A DNA stretch of 64,000 bases from Eledone cirrhosa (taxonomy: Eukaryota). This document shows, piece after piece, positions 13,300 through 26,500 of this stretch. Positions within the stretch are counted from its first letter, which is position 1, and each line of letters starts with the position of its first letter. A program made the translations under genes and the position numbers. The notes below the pieces were generated by a model, which was not told the DNA's origin, made no database searches, and saw nothing but the letters and a program-made list of their open reading frames with translations. The stretch spans positions 342,736,001 to 342,800,000 of the forward strand of contig OZ024742.1 in NCBI GenBank assembly GCA_964016885.1. The letters are read 5' to 3'.

Positions 13300-16200
13300 T
13301 ATGAAGTATGTGATCTACAGTGGTATGAAGTATGTCAGCTCCAGTGGTATGAAGTATGTGATCTACAGTGGTATGAAGTATGTGATCTACAGTGGTATGA
13401 AGTATGTGATCTACAGTGGTCTGAAGTATGCCAGCTCCAGTGGTATGAAGTATATGATCTACAGTGGTATGAAGTATGTGATCTACAGTGGTATGAAGTA
13501 TTTGATCTACAGTGGTATGAAGTATGTCAGCTCCAGTTGTATGACGTATGTGATCTACAGTGGTATGAAGTATGTAATCTACAGTGGTATGAAGTATGTG
13601 ATCTCCAGTGGTATGAAGTATGTGATCTCCTGTCGTATGAAATATGTCAGCTCCAGTGGTATGAAGTATGTGATCTCCAGTGGATGAAGTATGTGATCTC
13701 CAGTGGTATGAAATTTGGGATCTACAGTGGTATGAAGTATGTGATCTCCAGTGCTATGAAGTTTGTGATCTCCAGTGATATGAAATATGTGATCTCCAGT
13801 GGTATGAAGTATGTGATCTCCAGTGGTATGAAGTATGTCATATCCTGTGGTATGAAGTATGTGATCTACAGTGGTATGAAGTATGTGATATCCAGTGGTA
13901 TGAAGTATGTGATATCCAATGGTATGAAGTATGTGATCTACAGTGGTATGAAGTATGTCAGCTCCAGTGGTATGAAGTATGTGATCTCCTGTGGTATGAA
14001 GTATGTGATCTACAGTGGTATGAAGTATGTGATCTCCAGTGGTATGAAGTATGTGATCTACAGTGGTATGAAGTATGTAATCTCCAGTGGTATGAAGTAT
14101 GTGATCTCCAGTGGTATGAAGTATGTGATCTACAGTGGTATGAAGTATGTGATCTCCAGTGGTATGAAGTATGTCAGCTCCAGTGGTATGAAGTATGTGA
14201 TCTCCTGTGGTATGAAGTATGTGATCTACAGTGGTATGAAGTATGTGATCTCCAGTGGTATGAAGTATGTGATCTACAGTGGAATGAAGTATGTGATCTA
14301 CAGTGGTATGAAGTATGTAATCTCCAGTGGTATGAAGTATGTGATCTGCAGTGGTATGAAGTATGTGATCTCCAGTGGTATGAAGTATGTCAGCTCCAGT
14401 GGTATGAAGTATGTGATCTCCTGTGGTATGAAGTATGTTAGCTCCAGTGGTATGAAGTGTGTGATCTCCAGTGGTATGAAGTATGTCAGCTCCTCTGGTA
14501 TGAAGTATGTGATCTCCAGTGGTATGATGTATGTGATCTCCTGTGGTATGAAGTATGTGATCCCCAGTGGTATGAAGTATGTGTCTCCAGTGGTATGAAG
14601 TATGTGATCTACAGTGGTATGAAGTATGTGATATCCTGTGGTATGAAGTATGTGATCTACAGTGGTATGAAGTATGTGATCTCCAGTGGTATGAAGTATG
14701 TGATCTACAGTGGTATGAAGTATGTGATCTCCAGTGGTATGAAGTATGTGATAACCTGTGGTATGAAGTATGTGATATCCTGTGGTATGAAGTATGTGAT
14801 CTACAGTGGTATGAAGTATGTGATCTCCAGTGGTATGAAGTATGTGATAACCTGTGGTATGAAGTATGTGATATCCTGTGGTATGAAGTATGTGATCTAC
14901 AGTGGTATGAAGTATGTGATCTCCAGTGGTATGAAGTATGTGATATCCTGTGGTATGAAGTATGTGATATCCAGTGGTATGAAGTATGTGATCTTCAGTG
15001 GTATGAAGTATGTGATCTACAGTGGTATGAAGTATGTAATCTCCAGTGGTATGAAGTATGTGATCTACAGTGGTATGAAGTATGTGATCTACAGTGGTAT
15101 GAAGTATGTGATCTACAGTGGTATGAAGTATGTGATCTCCAGTGGTATGAAGTATGTAATCTACAGTGGTATGAAGTATGTGATCTCCAGTGGTATGAAG
15201 TATGTGATCTCCTGTGGTATGAAATATGTCAGCTCCAGTGGTATGAAGTATGTGATCTCCAGTGGTATGAAGTATGTGATCTCCAGTGGTATGAAATATG
15301 TGATCTACAGTGGTATGAAGTATGTGATCTCCAGTGGTATGAAGTATGTGATCTCCAGTGGTATGAAGTATGTGATCTCCAGTGGTATGAAGTATGTGAT
15401 CTCCAGTGGTATGAAGTATGTGATATCCTGTGGTATGAAGTATGTGATCTCCAGTGGTATGAAGTATGTCAGCTCCAGTGGTATGAATTATGTGATCTCC
15501 AGTGGTATGAAATATGTGATCTACAGTGGTATGAAGTATGTTAGCTCCAGTGGTATGAAGTATGTGATCTACAGTGGTATGAAGTATGTCAGCTCCAGTG
15601 GTATGAAGTATGTGATCTCCACTGGTATGAAGTATGTGATCTACAGTGGTATGAATATGTGATCTCCAGTGGTATGAAGTATGTGATCTACAGTGGTATG
15701 AAGTATGTAATCTCCAGTGGTATGAAGTATGTGATCTCCAGTGGTATGAAGTATGTGATCTACAGTGGTATGAAGTATGTGATCTCCAGTGGTATGAAGT
15801 ATGTCAGCTCCAGTGGTATGAAGTATGTGATCTCCTGTGGTATGAAGTATGTGATCTACAGTGGTATGAAGTATGTGATCTCCAGTGGTATGAAGTATAT
15901 GATCTACAGTGGAATGAAGTATGTAATCTCCAGTGGTATGAAGTATGTGATCTACAGTGGTATGAAGTATGTGATCTACTGTGGTATGAAGTATGTGATC
16001 TACAGTGGTATGAAGTATGTGATCTCCAGTGGTATGAAGTATGTGATCTACAGTGGTATGAAGTATGTGATCTACAGTGGTATGAAATATGTGATCTCCA
16101 GTGGTATGAAGTATGTTAGCTCCAGTGGTATGAAGTGTGTGATCTACAGTGGTATGAAGTATGTGATCTCCAGTGGTATGAAGTATGTGATCTACAGTGG

Positions 16201-19200
16201 TATGAAGTATGTGATTTACAGTGGTATGAAGTATGTGATCTACAGTGGTATGAAGTATGTGATCTCCTGTGGTATGAAGTATGTGATCTACAGTGGTAGG
16301 AAGTATGTGATCTCCTGTGGTCTGAAGTATGTGATCTACAGTGGTATGAAGTATGTGATATCCTGTGGTATGAAGTATGTGATCTCCAGTGGTATGAAGT
16401 ATGTCAGCTCCAGTGGTATGAAGTATGTGATCTCCTGTGGTATGAAGTATGTGATCTACAGTGGTATGAAGTATGTGATCTCCAGTGGTATGAAGTATGT
16501 GATCTACAGTGGTATGAAGTATGTGATATCCTGTGGTATGAAGTATGTGATCTCCAGTGGTATGAAGTATGTGATCTCCAGTGGTATGAAGTATGTGATA
16601 TCCTGTGGTATGAAGTATGTGATCTCCAGTGGTATGAAGTATGTGATCTACAGTGGTATGAAGTATGTGATATCCTGTGGTATGAAGTATGTGATCTAGA
16701 GTGGTATGAAGTATGTGATCTCCAGTGGTATGAAGTATGTGATCTCCAGTGGTATGAAGTATGTGATCTCCAGTGGTATGAAGTATGTCAGCTCCAGTGG
16801 TATGAAGTATCTGATCTCCAGTGGTATAAAGTATGTGATCTCCAGTGGTATGAGGTATGTCAGCTCCAGTGGTATGAAGTATGTTAAATCCTGTGGTATG
16901 AAGTATGTGATCTACAGTGGTATGAAGTATGTGATCTCCAGTGGTATGAAGTATGTGATCTACAGTGGTATGAAGTATGTCAGCTCCAGTGGTATGAAGT
17001 ATGTGATCTCCAGTGGTATGAAGTATGTGATCTCCAGTGGTATGAAATATGTCAGCTCCAGTGGTATGAAGTATGTGATCTCCAGTGGTATGAAGTATGT
17101 GATCTCCGGTGGTATGAAGTATGTCAGCTCCAGTGGTATGAAGTATGTGATCTCCAGTGGTATGAAGTATGTCAGCTCCTCTGGTATGAAGTATGTGATC
17201 TCCAGTGGTATGAAGTATGTGATCTCCTGTGGTATGAAGTATGTGATCCCCAGTGGTATGAAGTATGTGTCTCCAGTGGTATGAAGTATGTGATCTACAG
17301 TGGTATGAAGTATGTGATCTCCAGTGGTATGAAGTATGTCAGCTCCAGTGGTATGAAGTATGTGATCTCCTGTGGTATGAAGTATGTGATCTACAGTGGT
17401 ATGAAGTATGTGATCTCCAGTGGTATGAAGTATGTGATCTACAGTGGAATGAAGTATGTAATCTCCAGTGGTATGAAGTATGTGATCTACAGTGGTATGA
17501 AGTATGTGATCTCCAGTGGTATGAAGTATGTCAGCTCCAGTGGTATGAAGTATGTGATCTACTGTGGTATGAAGTATGTGATCTACGTGATCTACAGTGG
17601 TATGGAGTATGTGATCTCCAGTGGTATGAAGTATGTGATCTACAGTGGTATGAAGTATGTGATCTACAGTGGTATGAAATATGTGATCTCCAGTGGTATG
17701 AAGGATGTTAGCTCCAGTGGTATGAAGTGTGTGATCTACAGTGGTATGAAGTATGTGATCTCCAGTGGTATGAAGTATGTGATCTACAGTGGTATGAAGT
17801 ATGTGATTTACAGTGGTATGAAGTATGTGATCTACAGTGGTATGAAGTATGTGATCTCCTGTGGTATGAAGTATGTGATCTACAGTGGTATGAAGTATGT
17901 GATCTCCTGTGGTCTGAAGTATGTGATCTACCGTGGTATGAAGTATGTGATATCCTGTGGTATGAAGTATGTGATCTCCAGTGGTATGAAGTATGTCAGC
18001 TCCAGTGGTATGAAGTATGTGATCTCCTGTGGTATGAAGTATGTGATCTACAGTGGTATGAAGTATGTGATCTCCAGTGGTATGAAGTATGTGATCTACA
18101 GTGGTATGAAGTATGTGATATCCTGTGGTATGAAGTATGTGATCTCCAGTGGTATGAAGTATGTGATCTCCAGTGGTATGAAGTATGTGATCTCCAGTGG
18201 TATGAAGTATGTGATCTACAGTGGTATGAAGTATGTGATCTACAGTGGTATGAAGTATGTGATATCCTGTGGTATGAAGTATGTGATCTATAGTGGTATG
18301 AAGTATGTGATCTCCAGTGGTATAAAGTATGTGATCTACAGTGGTATGAAGTATGTGATCTACAGTGGTATGAAGTATGTCAGCTCCAGTGGTATGAAGT
18401 ATGTGATCTACAGTGGTATGAAGTATGTGATCTACAGTGGTATGAAGTATGTGATCTACAGTGGTCTGAAGTATGCCAGCTCCAGTGGTATGAAGTATAT
18501 GATCTACAGTGGTATGAAGTATGTGATCTACAGTGGTATGAAGTATTTGATCTACAGTGGTATGAAGTATGTCAGCTCCAGTTGTATGACGTATGTGATC
18601 TACAGTGGTATGAAGTATGTAATCTACAGTGGTATGAAGTATGTGATCTCCAGTGGTATGAAGTATGTGATCTCCTGTCGTATGAAATATGTCAGCTCCA
18701 GTGGTATGAAGTATGTGATCTCCAGTGGATGAAGTATGTGATCTCCAGTGGTATGAAATTTGTGATCTACAGTGGTATGAAGTATGTGATCTCCAGTGCT
18801 ATGAAGTTTGTGATCTCCAGTGATATGAAATATGTGATCTCCAGTGGTATGAAGTATGTGATCTCCAGTGGTATGAAGTATGTCATATCCTGTGGTATGA
18901 AGTATGTGATCTACAGTGGTATGAAGTATGTGATCTCCAGTGGTATGAAGTATGTGATATCCAATGGTATGAAGTATGTGATCTACAGTGGTATGAAGTA
19001 TGTCAGCTCCAGTGGTATGAAGTATGTGATCTCCTGTGGTATGAAGTATGTGATCTACAGTGGTATGAAGTATGTCAGCTCCAGTGGTATGAAGTATGTG
19101 ATCTCCAGTGGTATGAAGTATGTGATATCCAGTGGTATGAAGTATGTCAGCTCCAGTGGTATGAAGTATGTGATCTCCTGTGGTATGAAGTATGTGATCT

Positions 19201-22200
19201 ACAGTGGTATGAAGTATGTGATCTCCAGTGGTATGAAGTATGTGATCTACAGTGGTATGAAGTATGTAATCTCCAGTGGTATGAAGTATGTGATCTCCAG
19301 TGGTATGAAGTATGTGATCTACAGTGGTATGAAGTATGTGATCTCCAGTGGTATGAAGTATGTCAGCTCCAGTGGTATGAAGTATGTGATCTCCTGTGGT
19401 ATGAAGTATGTGATCTACAGTGGTATGAAGTATGTGATCTCCAGTGGTATGAAGTATGTGATCTACAGTGGAATGAAGTATGTGATCTACAGTGGTATGA
19501 AGTATGTAATCTCCAGTGGTATGAAGTATGTGATCTGCAGTGGTATGAAGTATGTGATCTCCAGTGGTATGAAGTATGTCAGCTCCAGTGGTATGAAGTA
19601 TGTGATCTCCTGTGGTATGAAGTATGTTAGCTCCAGTGGTATGAAGTGTGTGATCTCCAGTGGTATGAAGTATGTCAGCTCCTCTGGTATGAAGTATGTG
19701 ATCTCCAGTGGTATGATGTATGTGATCTCCTGTGGTATGAAGTATGTGATCCCCAGTGGTATGAAGTATGTGTCTCCAGTGGTATGAAGTATGTGATCTA
19801 CAGTGGTATGAAGTATGTGATATCCTGTGGTATGAAGTATGTGATCTACAGTGGTATGAAGTATGTGATCTCCAGTGGTATGAAGTATGTGATCTACAGT
19901 GGTATGAAGTATGTGATCTCCAGTGGTATGAAGTATGTGATAACCTGTGGTATGAAGTATGTGATATCCTGTGGTATGAAGTATGTGATCTACAGTGGTA
20001 TGAAGTATGTGATCTCCAGTGGTATGAAGTATGTGATAACCTGTGGTATGAAGTATGTGATATCCTGTGGTATGAAGTATGTGATCTACAGTGGTATGAA
20101 GTATGTGATCTCCAGTGGTATGAAGTATGTGATATCCTGTGGTATGAAGTATGTGATATCCAGTGGTGTGAAGTATGTGATCTTCAGTGGTATGAAGTAT
20201 GTGATCTACAGTGGTATGAAGTATGTAATCTCCAGTGGTATGAAGTATGTGATCTACAGTGGTATGAAGTATGTGATCTACAGTGGTATGAAGTATGTGA
20301 TCTACAGTGGTATGAAGTATGTGATCTCCAGTGGTATGAAGTATGTAATCTACAGTGGTATGAAGTATGTGATCTCCAGTGGTATGAAGTATGTGATCTC
20401 CTGTGGTATGAAATATGTCAGCTCCAGTGGTATGAAGTATGTGATCTCCAGTGGTATGAAGTATGTGATCTCCAGTGGTATGAAATATGTGATCTACAGT
20501 GGTATGAAGTATGTGATCTCCAGTGGTATGAAGTATGTGATCTCCAGTGGTATGAAGTATGTGATCTCCAGTGGTATGAAGTATGTGATCTCCAGTGGTA
20601 TGAAGTATGTGATATCCTGTGTTATGAAGTATGTGATCTCCAGTGGTATGAAGTATGTCAGCTCCAGTGGTATGAATTATGTGATCTCCAGTGGTATGAA
20701 ATATGTGATCTACAGTGGTATGAAGTATGTTAGCTCCAGTGGTATGAAGTATGTGATCTACAGTGGTATGAAGTATGTCAGCTCCAGTGGTATGAAGTAT
20801 GTGATCTCCACTGGTATGAAGTATGTGATCTACAGTGGTATGAATATGTGATCTCCAGTGGTATGAAGTATGTGATCTACAGTGGTATGAAGTATGTAAT
20901 CTCCAGTGGTATGAAGTATGTGATCTCCAGTGGTATGAAGTATGTGATCTACAGTGGTATGAAGTATGTGATCTCCAGTGGTATGAAGTATGTCAGCTCC
21001 AGTGGTATGAAGTATGTGATCTCCTGTGGTATGAAGTATGTGATCTACAGTGGTATGAAGTATGTGATCTCCAGTGGTATGAAGTATATGATCTACAGTG
21101 GAATGAAGTATGTAATCTCCAGTGGTATGAAGTATGTGATCTACAGTGGTATGAAGTATGTGATCTCCAGTGGTATGAAGTATGTCAGCTCCAGTGGTAT
21201 GAAGTATGTGATCTACTGTGGTATGAAGTATGTGATCTACAGTGGTATGAAGTATGTGATCTCCAGTGGTATGAAGTATGTGATCTACAGTGGTATGAAG
21301 TATGTGATCTACAGTGGTATGAAATATGTGATCTCCAGTGGTATGAAGTATGTTAGCTCCAGTGGTATGAAGTGTGTGATCTACAGTGGTATGAAGTATG
21401 TGATCTACAGTGGTATGAAGTATGTGATTTACAGTGGTATGAAGTATGTGATCTACAGTGGTATGAAGTATGTGATCTCCTGTGGTATGAAGTATGTGAT
21501 CTACAGTGGTAGGAAGTATGTGATCTCCTGTGGTCTGAAGTATGTGATCTACAGTGGTATGAAGTATGTGATATCCTGTGGTATGAAGTATGTGATCTCC
21601 AGTGGTATGAAGTATGTCAGCTCCAGTGGTATGAAGTATGTGATCTCCTGTGGTATGAAGTATGTGATCTACAGTGGTATGAAGTATGTGATCTCCAGTG
21701 GTATGAAGTATGTGATCTACAGTGGTATGAAGTATGTGATATCCTGTGGTATGAAGTATGTGATCTCCAGTGGTATGAAGTATGTGATCTCCAGTGGTAT
21801 GAAGTATGTGATATCCTGTGGTATGAAGTATGTGATCTCCAGTGGTATGAAGTATGTGATCTACAGTGGTATGAAGTATGTGATATCCTGTGGTATGAAG
21901 TATGTGATCTAGAGTGGTATGAAGTATGTGATCTCCAGTGGTATGAAGTATGTGATCTCCAGTGGTATGAAGTATGTGATCTCCAGTGGTATGAAGTATG
22001 TCAGCTCCAGTGGTATGAAGTATGTGATCTCCAGTGGTATAAAGTATGTGATCTCCAGTGGTATGAGGTATGTCAGCTCCAGTGGTATGAAGTATGTTAA
22101 ATCCTGTGGTATGAAGTATGTGATCTACAGTGGTATGAAGTATGTGATCTCCAGTGGTATGAAGTATGTGATCTACAGTGGTATGAAGTATGTCAGCTCC

Positions 22201-23530
22201 AGTGGTATGAAGTATGTGATCTCCAGTGGTATGAAGTATGTGATCTCCAGTGGTATGAAATATGTCAGCTCCAGTGGTATGAAGTATGTGATCTCCAGTG
22301 GTATGAAGTATGTGATCTCCGGTGGTATGAAGTATGTCAGCTCCAGTGGTATGAAGTATGTGATCTCCAGTGGTATGAAGTATGTCAGCTCCTCTGGTAT
22401 GAAGTATGTGATCTCCAGTGGTATGAAGTATGTGATCTCCTGTGGTATGAAGTATGTGATCCCCAGTGGTATGAAGTATGTGTCTCCAGTGGTATGAAGT
22501 ATGTGATCTACAGTGGTATGAAGTATGTGATCTCCAGTGGTATGAAGTATGTCAGCTCCAGTGGTATGAAATATGTGATCTCCTGTGGTATGAAGTATGT
22601 GATCTACAGTGGTATGAAGTATGTGATCTCCAGTGGTATGAAGTATGTGATCTACAGTGGAATGAAGTATGTAATCTCCAGTGGTATGAAGTATGTGATC
22701 TACAGAGGTATGAAGTATGTGATCTCCAGTGGTATGAAGTATGTCAGCTCCAGTGGTATGAAGTATGTGATCTACTGTGGTATGAAGTATGTGATCTACA
22801 GTGGTATGGAGTATGTGATCTCCAGTGGTATGAAGTATGTGATCTACAGTGGTATGAAGTATGTGATCTACAGTGGTATGAAATATGTGATCTCCAGTGG
22901 TATGAAGGATGTTAGCTCCAGTGGTATGAAGTGTGTGATCTACAGTGGTATGAAGTATGTGATCTCCAGTGGTATGAAGTATGTGATCTACAGTGGTATG
23001 AAGTATGTGATTTACAGTGGTATGAAGTATGTGATCTACAGTGGTATGAAGTATGTGATCTCCTGTGGTATGAAGTATGTGATCTACAGTGGTATGAAGT
23101 ATGTGATCTCCTGTGGTCTGAAGTATGTGATCTACCGTGGTATGAAGTATGTGATATCCTGTGGTATGAAGTATGTGATCTCCAGTGGTATGAAGTATGT
23201 CAGCTCCAGTGGTATGAAGTATGTGATCTCCTGTGGTATGAAGTATGTGATCTACAGTGGTATGAAGTATGTGATCTCCAGTGGTATGAAGTATGTGATC
23301 TACAGTGGTATGAAGTATGTGATATCCTGTGGTATGAAGTATGTGATCTCCAGTGGTATGAAGTATGTGATCTCCAGTGGTATGAAGTATGTGATCTCCA
23401 GTGGTATGAAGTATGTGATCTACAGTGGTATGAAGTATGTGATCTACAGTGGTATGAAGTATGTGATATCCTGTGGTATGAAGTATGTGATCTATAGTGG
23501 TATGAAGTATGTGATCTCCAGTGGTATGAA
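13300..23530. repeat. Tandem pair of ~5.0-5.2-kb higher-order units (junction ~18330)
   Basis: Matched ORF pairs: 13537/18582 (5045), 14457/19646 and 15659/20848 (5189), 16706/21919 and 17281/22494 (5213). Shared rare GCCAGC, TATTTG and TGGATG markers. Confidence 0.88.
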
Positions 23531-26500
23531 GTATGTGATCTCCAGTGGTATGAAGTATGTGATCTCCAGTGGTATGAAGTATGTCAGCTCCAGTGGTATG
23601 AAGTATGTGATCTCCAGTGGTATAAAATATGTGATCTCCAGTGGTATGAGGTATGTCAACTCCAGTGGTATGAAGTATGTGAAATCCTGTGGTATGAAGT
23701 ATGTGATCTACAGTGGTATGAAGTATGTGATCTCCAGTGGTATGAAGTATGTGATCTACAGTGGTATGAAGTATGTCAGCTCCAGTGGTATGAAGTATGT
23801 GATCTCCAGTGGTATGAAGTATGTGATCTCCAGTGGTATGAAGTATGTCAGCTCCAGTGGTATGAAGTATGTGATCTCCAGTGGTATGAAGTATGTGATC
23901 TCCGGTGGTATGAAGTATGTCAGCTCCAGTGGTATGAAGTATGTGATCTCCAGTGGTATGAAGTATGTCAGCTCCTCTGGTATGAAGTATGTGATCTCCA
24001 GTGGTATGAAGTATGTGATCTCCTGTGGTATGAAGTATGTGATCCCCAGTGGTATGAAGTATGTGTCTCCAGTGGTATGAAGTATGTGATCTACAGTGGT
24101 ATGAAGTATGTGATATCCTGTGGTATGAAGTATGTGATCTACAGTGGTATGAAGTATGTGATCTCCAGTGGTATGAAGTATGTGATCTACAGTGGTATGA
24201 AGTATGTGATCTCCAGTGGTATGAAGTATGTGATAACCTGTGGTATGAAGTATGTGATATCCTGTGGTATGAAGTATGTGATCTACAGTGGTATGAAGTA
24301 TGTGATCTCCAGTGGTATGAAGTATGTGATAACCTGTGGTATGAAGTATGTGATATCCTGTGGTATGAAGTATGTGATCTACAGTGGTATGAAGTATGTG
24401 ACCTCCAGTGGTATGAAGTATGTGATATCCTGTGGTATGAAGTATGTGATATCCAGTGGTATGAAGTATGTGATCTTCAGTGGTATGAAGTATGTGATCT
24501 TCAGTGGTATGAAGTATGTGATCTACAGTGGTATGAAGTATGTAATCTCCAGTGGTATGAAGTATGTGATCTACAGTGGTATGAAGTATGTGATCTACAG
24601 TGGTATTAAGTATGTGATCTACAGTGGTATGAAGTATGTGATCTCCAGTGGTATGAAGTATGTAATCTACAGTGGCATGAAGTATGTGATCTCCAGTGGT
24701 ATGAAGTATGTGATCTCCTGTGGTATGAAATATGTCAGCTCCAGTGGTATGAAGTATGTGATCTCCAGTGTTATGAAGTATGTGATCTCCAGTGGTATGA
24801 AATATGTGATCTACAGTGGTATGAAGTATGTGATCTCCAGTGGTATGAAGTATGTTATCTCCAGTGGTATGAAGTATGTGATCTCCAGTGGTATGAAGTA
24901 TGTGATCTCCAGTGGTATGAAGTATGTGATATCCTGTGGTATGAAGCATGTGATCTCCAGTGGTATGAAGTATGTCAGCTCCAGTGGTATGAAGTATGTG
25001 ATCTCCAGTGGTATGAAATATGTGATCTACAGTGGTATGAAGTATGTTAGCTCCAGTGGTATGAAGTATGTGATCTACAGTGGTATGAAGTATGTCAGCT
25101 CCAGTGGTATGAAGTATGTGATCTCCAGTGGTATGAAGTATGTGATCTCCTGTGGTATGAAGTATGTGATCTACAGTGGTATGAAGTATGTGATCTACAG
25201 TGGCATGAAGTATGTGATCTACAGTGGTATGATGTATGTGATCTACAGTGGTATGAAATATGTGATCTCCAGTGGTATGAAGTATGTCAGCTCCAGTGGT
25301 ATGAAGTATGTGATCTACAGTGGTATGAAGTATGTGATCTCCAGTGGTATGAAGTATGTGATCTCCAGTGGTATGAAGTATGTGATCTCCAGTGGTATGA
25401 AGTATGTGATCTCCAGTGGTATGAAGTATGTGATCTCCATTGGTATGAAGTATGTGATCTACAGTGGTATGAAGTATGTCAGCTCCAGTGGTATGAAGTA
25501 AATGATCTACAGTGGTATGAAGTATGTGATCTACAGTGGTATGAAGTATGTGATCTACAGTGGTATGAAGTATGTGATCTACAGTGGTATGAAGTATGTC
25601 AGCTCCAGTTGTATGACGTATGTGATCTACAGTGGTATGAAGTATGTAATCTACAGTGGTATGAAGTATGTGATCTCCAGTGGTATGAAGTATGTGATCT
25701 CCTGTCGTATGAAATATGTCAGCTCCAGTGGTATGAAGTATGTGATCTCCAGTGGATGAAGTATGTGATCTCCAGTGGTATGAAATTTGTGATCTACAGT
25801 GGTATGAAGTATGTGATCTCCAGTGCTATGAAGTATGTGATCTCCAGTGATATGAAATATGTGATCTCCAGTGGTATGAAGTATGTGATCTCCAGTGGTA
25901 TGAAGTATGTCATATCCTGTGGTATGAAGTATGTGATCTACAGTGGTATGAAGTATGTGATCTCCAGTGGTATGAAGTATGTGATATCCAATGGTATGAA
26001 GTATGTGATCTACAGTGGTATGAAGTATGTCAGCTCCAGTGGTATGAAGTATGTGATCTCCTGTGGTATGAAGTATGTGATCTACAGTGGTATGAAGTAT
26101 GTGATCTCCAGTGGTATGAAGTATGTGATCTACAGTGGTATGAAGTATGTGATCTCCTGTGGTATGAAGTATGTGATCTCCAGTGGTATGAAGTATGTCA
26201 GCTCCAGTGGTATGAAGTATGTGATCTCCAGTGGTATGAAGTATGTGATATCCAGTGGTATGAAGTATGTCAGCTCCAGTGGTATGAAGTATGTGATCTC
26301 CTGTGGTATGAAGTATGTGATCTACAGTGGTATGAAGTATGTGATCTCCAGTGGTATGAAGTATGTGATCTACAGTGGTATGAAGTATGTAATCTCCAGT
26401 GGTATGAAGTATGTGATCTCCAGTGGTATGAAGTATGTGATCTACAGTGGTATGAAGTATGTGATCTCCAGTGGTATGAAGTATGTCAGCTCCAGTGGTA

